The notes below the pieces were generated by a model. It saw nothing but the letters and a program-made list of their open reading frames with translations, was not told the origin of the DNA and searched no databases. Below are positions 6,408 to 7,360 of a stretch of DNA of 7,360 bases, one piece after another. A program made the translations under genes and the position numbers. Origin of the DNA: Octopus sinensis (Eukaryota). How positions within the stretch are numbered: position 1 is the first letter of the stretch; every line of letters begins with the position of its first letter. The stretch covers positions 1 through 7,360 of the forward strand of contig NW_021828893.1 of NCBI RefSeq assembly GCF_006345805.1, in the 5' to 3' direction.

Positions 6408-6418
6408 TATGTAAATTT

Positions 6419-6973
6419 ATCTTCCTTTTTCTCGTTTCAATCATTAGACTGCGGCCATGCCGGGGCATCACTTTGAAGAACTTTTAGTCGAATGGCTCGA
6501 CCTCTGTATTTCTATTGTTTTTAAAGCTTGCTCTTTATTTTATCAGTCTCTTTTGTAGAACTGCTAATTTACGGAAGCGTAAACACACCAACACCGGTTG
6601 TCAAACGGCGCTACGTTCTGAGTTCAAATTCCGCCGAGGTCGACTTTGCCTTTCATCCTTTCGGGGTCGATTAAATAAGTACCAGTTACGCACTGGGATC
6701 GATATAATCGACTTAATCCCTTTGTCCTCTCTGTGTTTAGCCCCTTGTGGGTAGTAAAGAAATAGGTTGTCAAGCGGCGCTGGGAGACAAACACGCACAC
6801 ACACATATATATGACGGGATTCTTTCAGTTTCCATCTACTAAATCCACTCTCAAGGATTTGGTCGACCCGATTCTGTAGCTGAAGATACTTGCCCACGGT
6901 GCCGCGTATTGGGACTGAACCCGAGACCATGCGGTTGGGAATCAAACGACTTACCACACAGCCACGCCTGTCC
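6419..6973 (-). mobile_element. SINE family B, copy B3: near full length, tRNA-derived, interrupted by a family A insert
   Basis: Minus-strand A-box-like TGGCTGTGTGG (6964-6954) and B-box-like GGTTCAGTCCC (6921-6911), followed by GGGCAAGT resembling the start of the CORE SINE domain (from memory). Short internal CA/TA microsatellite; tail colinear with B1. Outer boundaries are approximate and no TSD was found. Confidence 0.88.
6613..6764 (+). mobile_element. SINE family A, 5'-truncated monomer nested in B3
   Basis: 152 bp matching the 184-bp unit from acgttctgag to aaagaaata, with a 14-bp deletion between tttgtc direct repeats. TSD ggttgtcaaacggcgct (6596-6612) vs ggttgtcaagcggcgct (6765-6781), 16/17. 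Confidence 0.95.
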
Positions 6974-7110
6974 GTCCCTGTTAAGACGATTAGCCTCTTT
7001 CATCTTCACTTCGTGTACGTCTTCTTATTTGCCAAAGCATCTCCAACACTTTTGTTTTACTGTTGTACTACGTTAGCATAGGCTTACGTGTGCTTCTCAT
7101 ATGATTGTAA

Positions 7111-7121
7111 ACATACATACA

Positions 7122-7206
<85 letters not shown>

Positions 7207-7214
7207 TTATATAT
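7111..7214. repeat. (CATA)n-(TA)n microsatellite
   Basis: Seen directly. Confidence 0.96.
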
Positions 7215-7217
7215 TAC

Positions 7218-7360
7218 GGAGATGTATCTGCATAGCAAGTGGCCTGATCTTAGGTCGTGTGCTGGAACGAAAACAATTGCAGCGTGGAAGGTGTTTATAA
7301 GCCATTTAAAAGCACACAGAAACCATTAGATTCACTTCAACATTTAAATTTAATTTGCCA
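7218..7360. mobile_element. Start of a probable octopod interspersed repeat running off the window edge
   Basis: ggagatgta..gcatagcaagtg..gcagcgtggaaggtgtttataagccattt..ttcacttcaacatttaaatttaatttg matches my recollection of an abundant Octopus repeat that abuts (TA)n tracts. There is no second copy in the window, and the class is unknown. Confidence 0.35.

Noticed and set aside
2144-6957. Similar peptides in ORFs 2163-2369 and 6515-6754 (and their antisense ORFs) suggesting paralogous genes
   Set aside because: The similarity is simply the shared SINE A sequence. Only the MTEKVLLAIQEAEM part of 2144-2443 is real, as LINE relic.

Overview
This is AT-rich, microsatellite-dense, mostly non-coding eukaryotic DNA, not a prokaryotic locus. 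There is no operon, CRISPR array or complete gene. The SINE families, the mariner-type ends and the (TA/CA/TCTA) load look like an octopod (Octopus-like) genome; that is recognition from memory, not a database result. The window is a nest of transposon relics. A decayed 5'-truncated RTE (Rex3/Expander-like) LINE (1631-2627, minus) is interrupted by a head-plus-two-unit dimeric tRNA-derived SINE (1977-2393) with a 21-bp target-site duplication. Three partial or complete copies of a second SINE family lie on the minus strand, one carrying a nested 5'-truncated copy of the first family with a 17-bp TSD. There is also a 411-bp Tc1/mariner MITE with a TA TSD. Two long inverted duplications are not explained by these elements. 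A 167-bp copy of the LINE/flank junction (2551-2719) sits inverted inside the MITE (6069-6235), and a 164/165-bp 95%-identical inverted pair lies at 3411-3574 / 4173-4337. The best coding candidate is a 134-bp minus-strand exon (2843-2976) encoding a heptad leucine-zipper-like peptide; other candidate exons are weak. I see interesting genome-dynamics events but cannot support a claim of a new biological system from this window alone.
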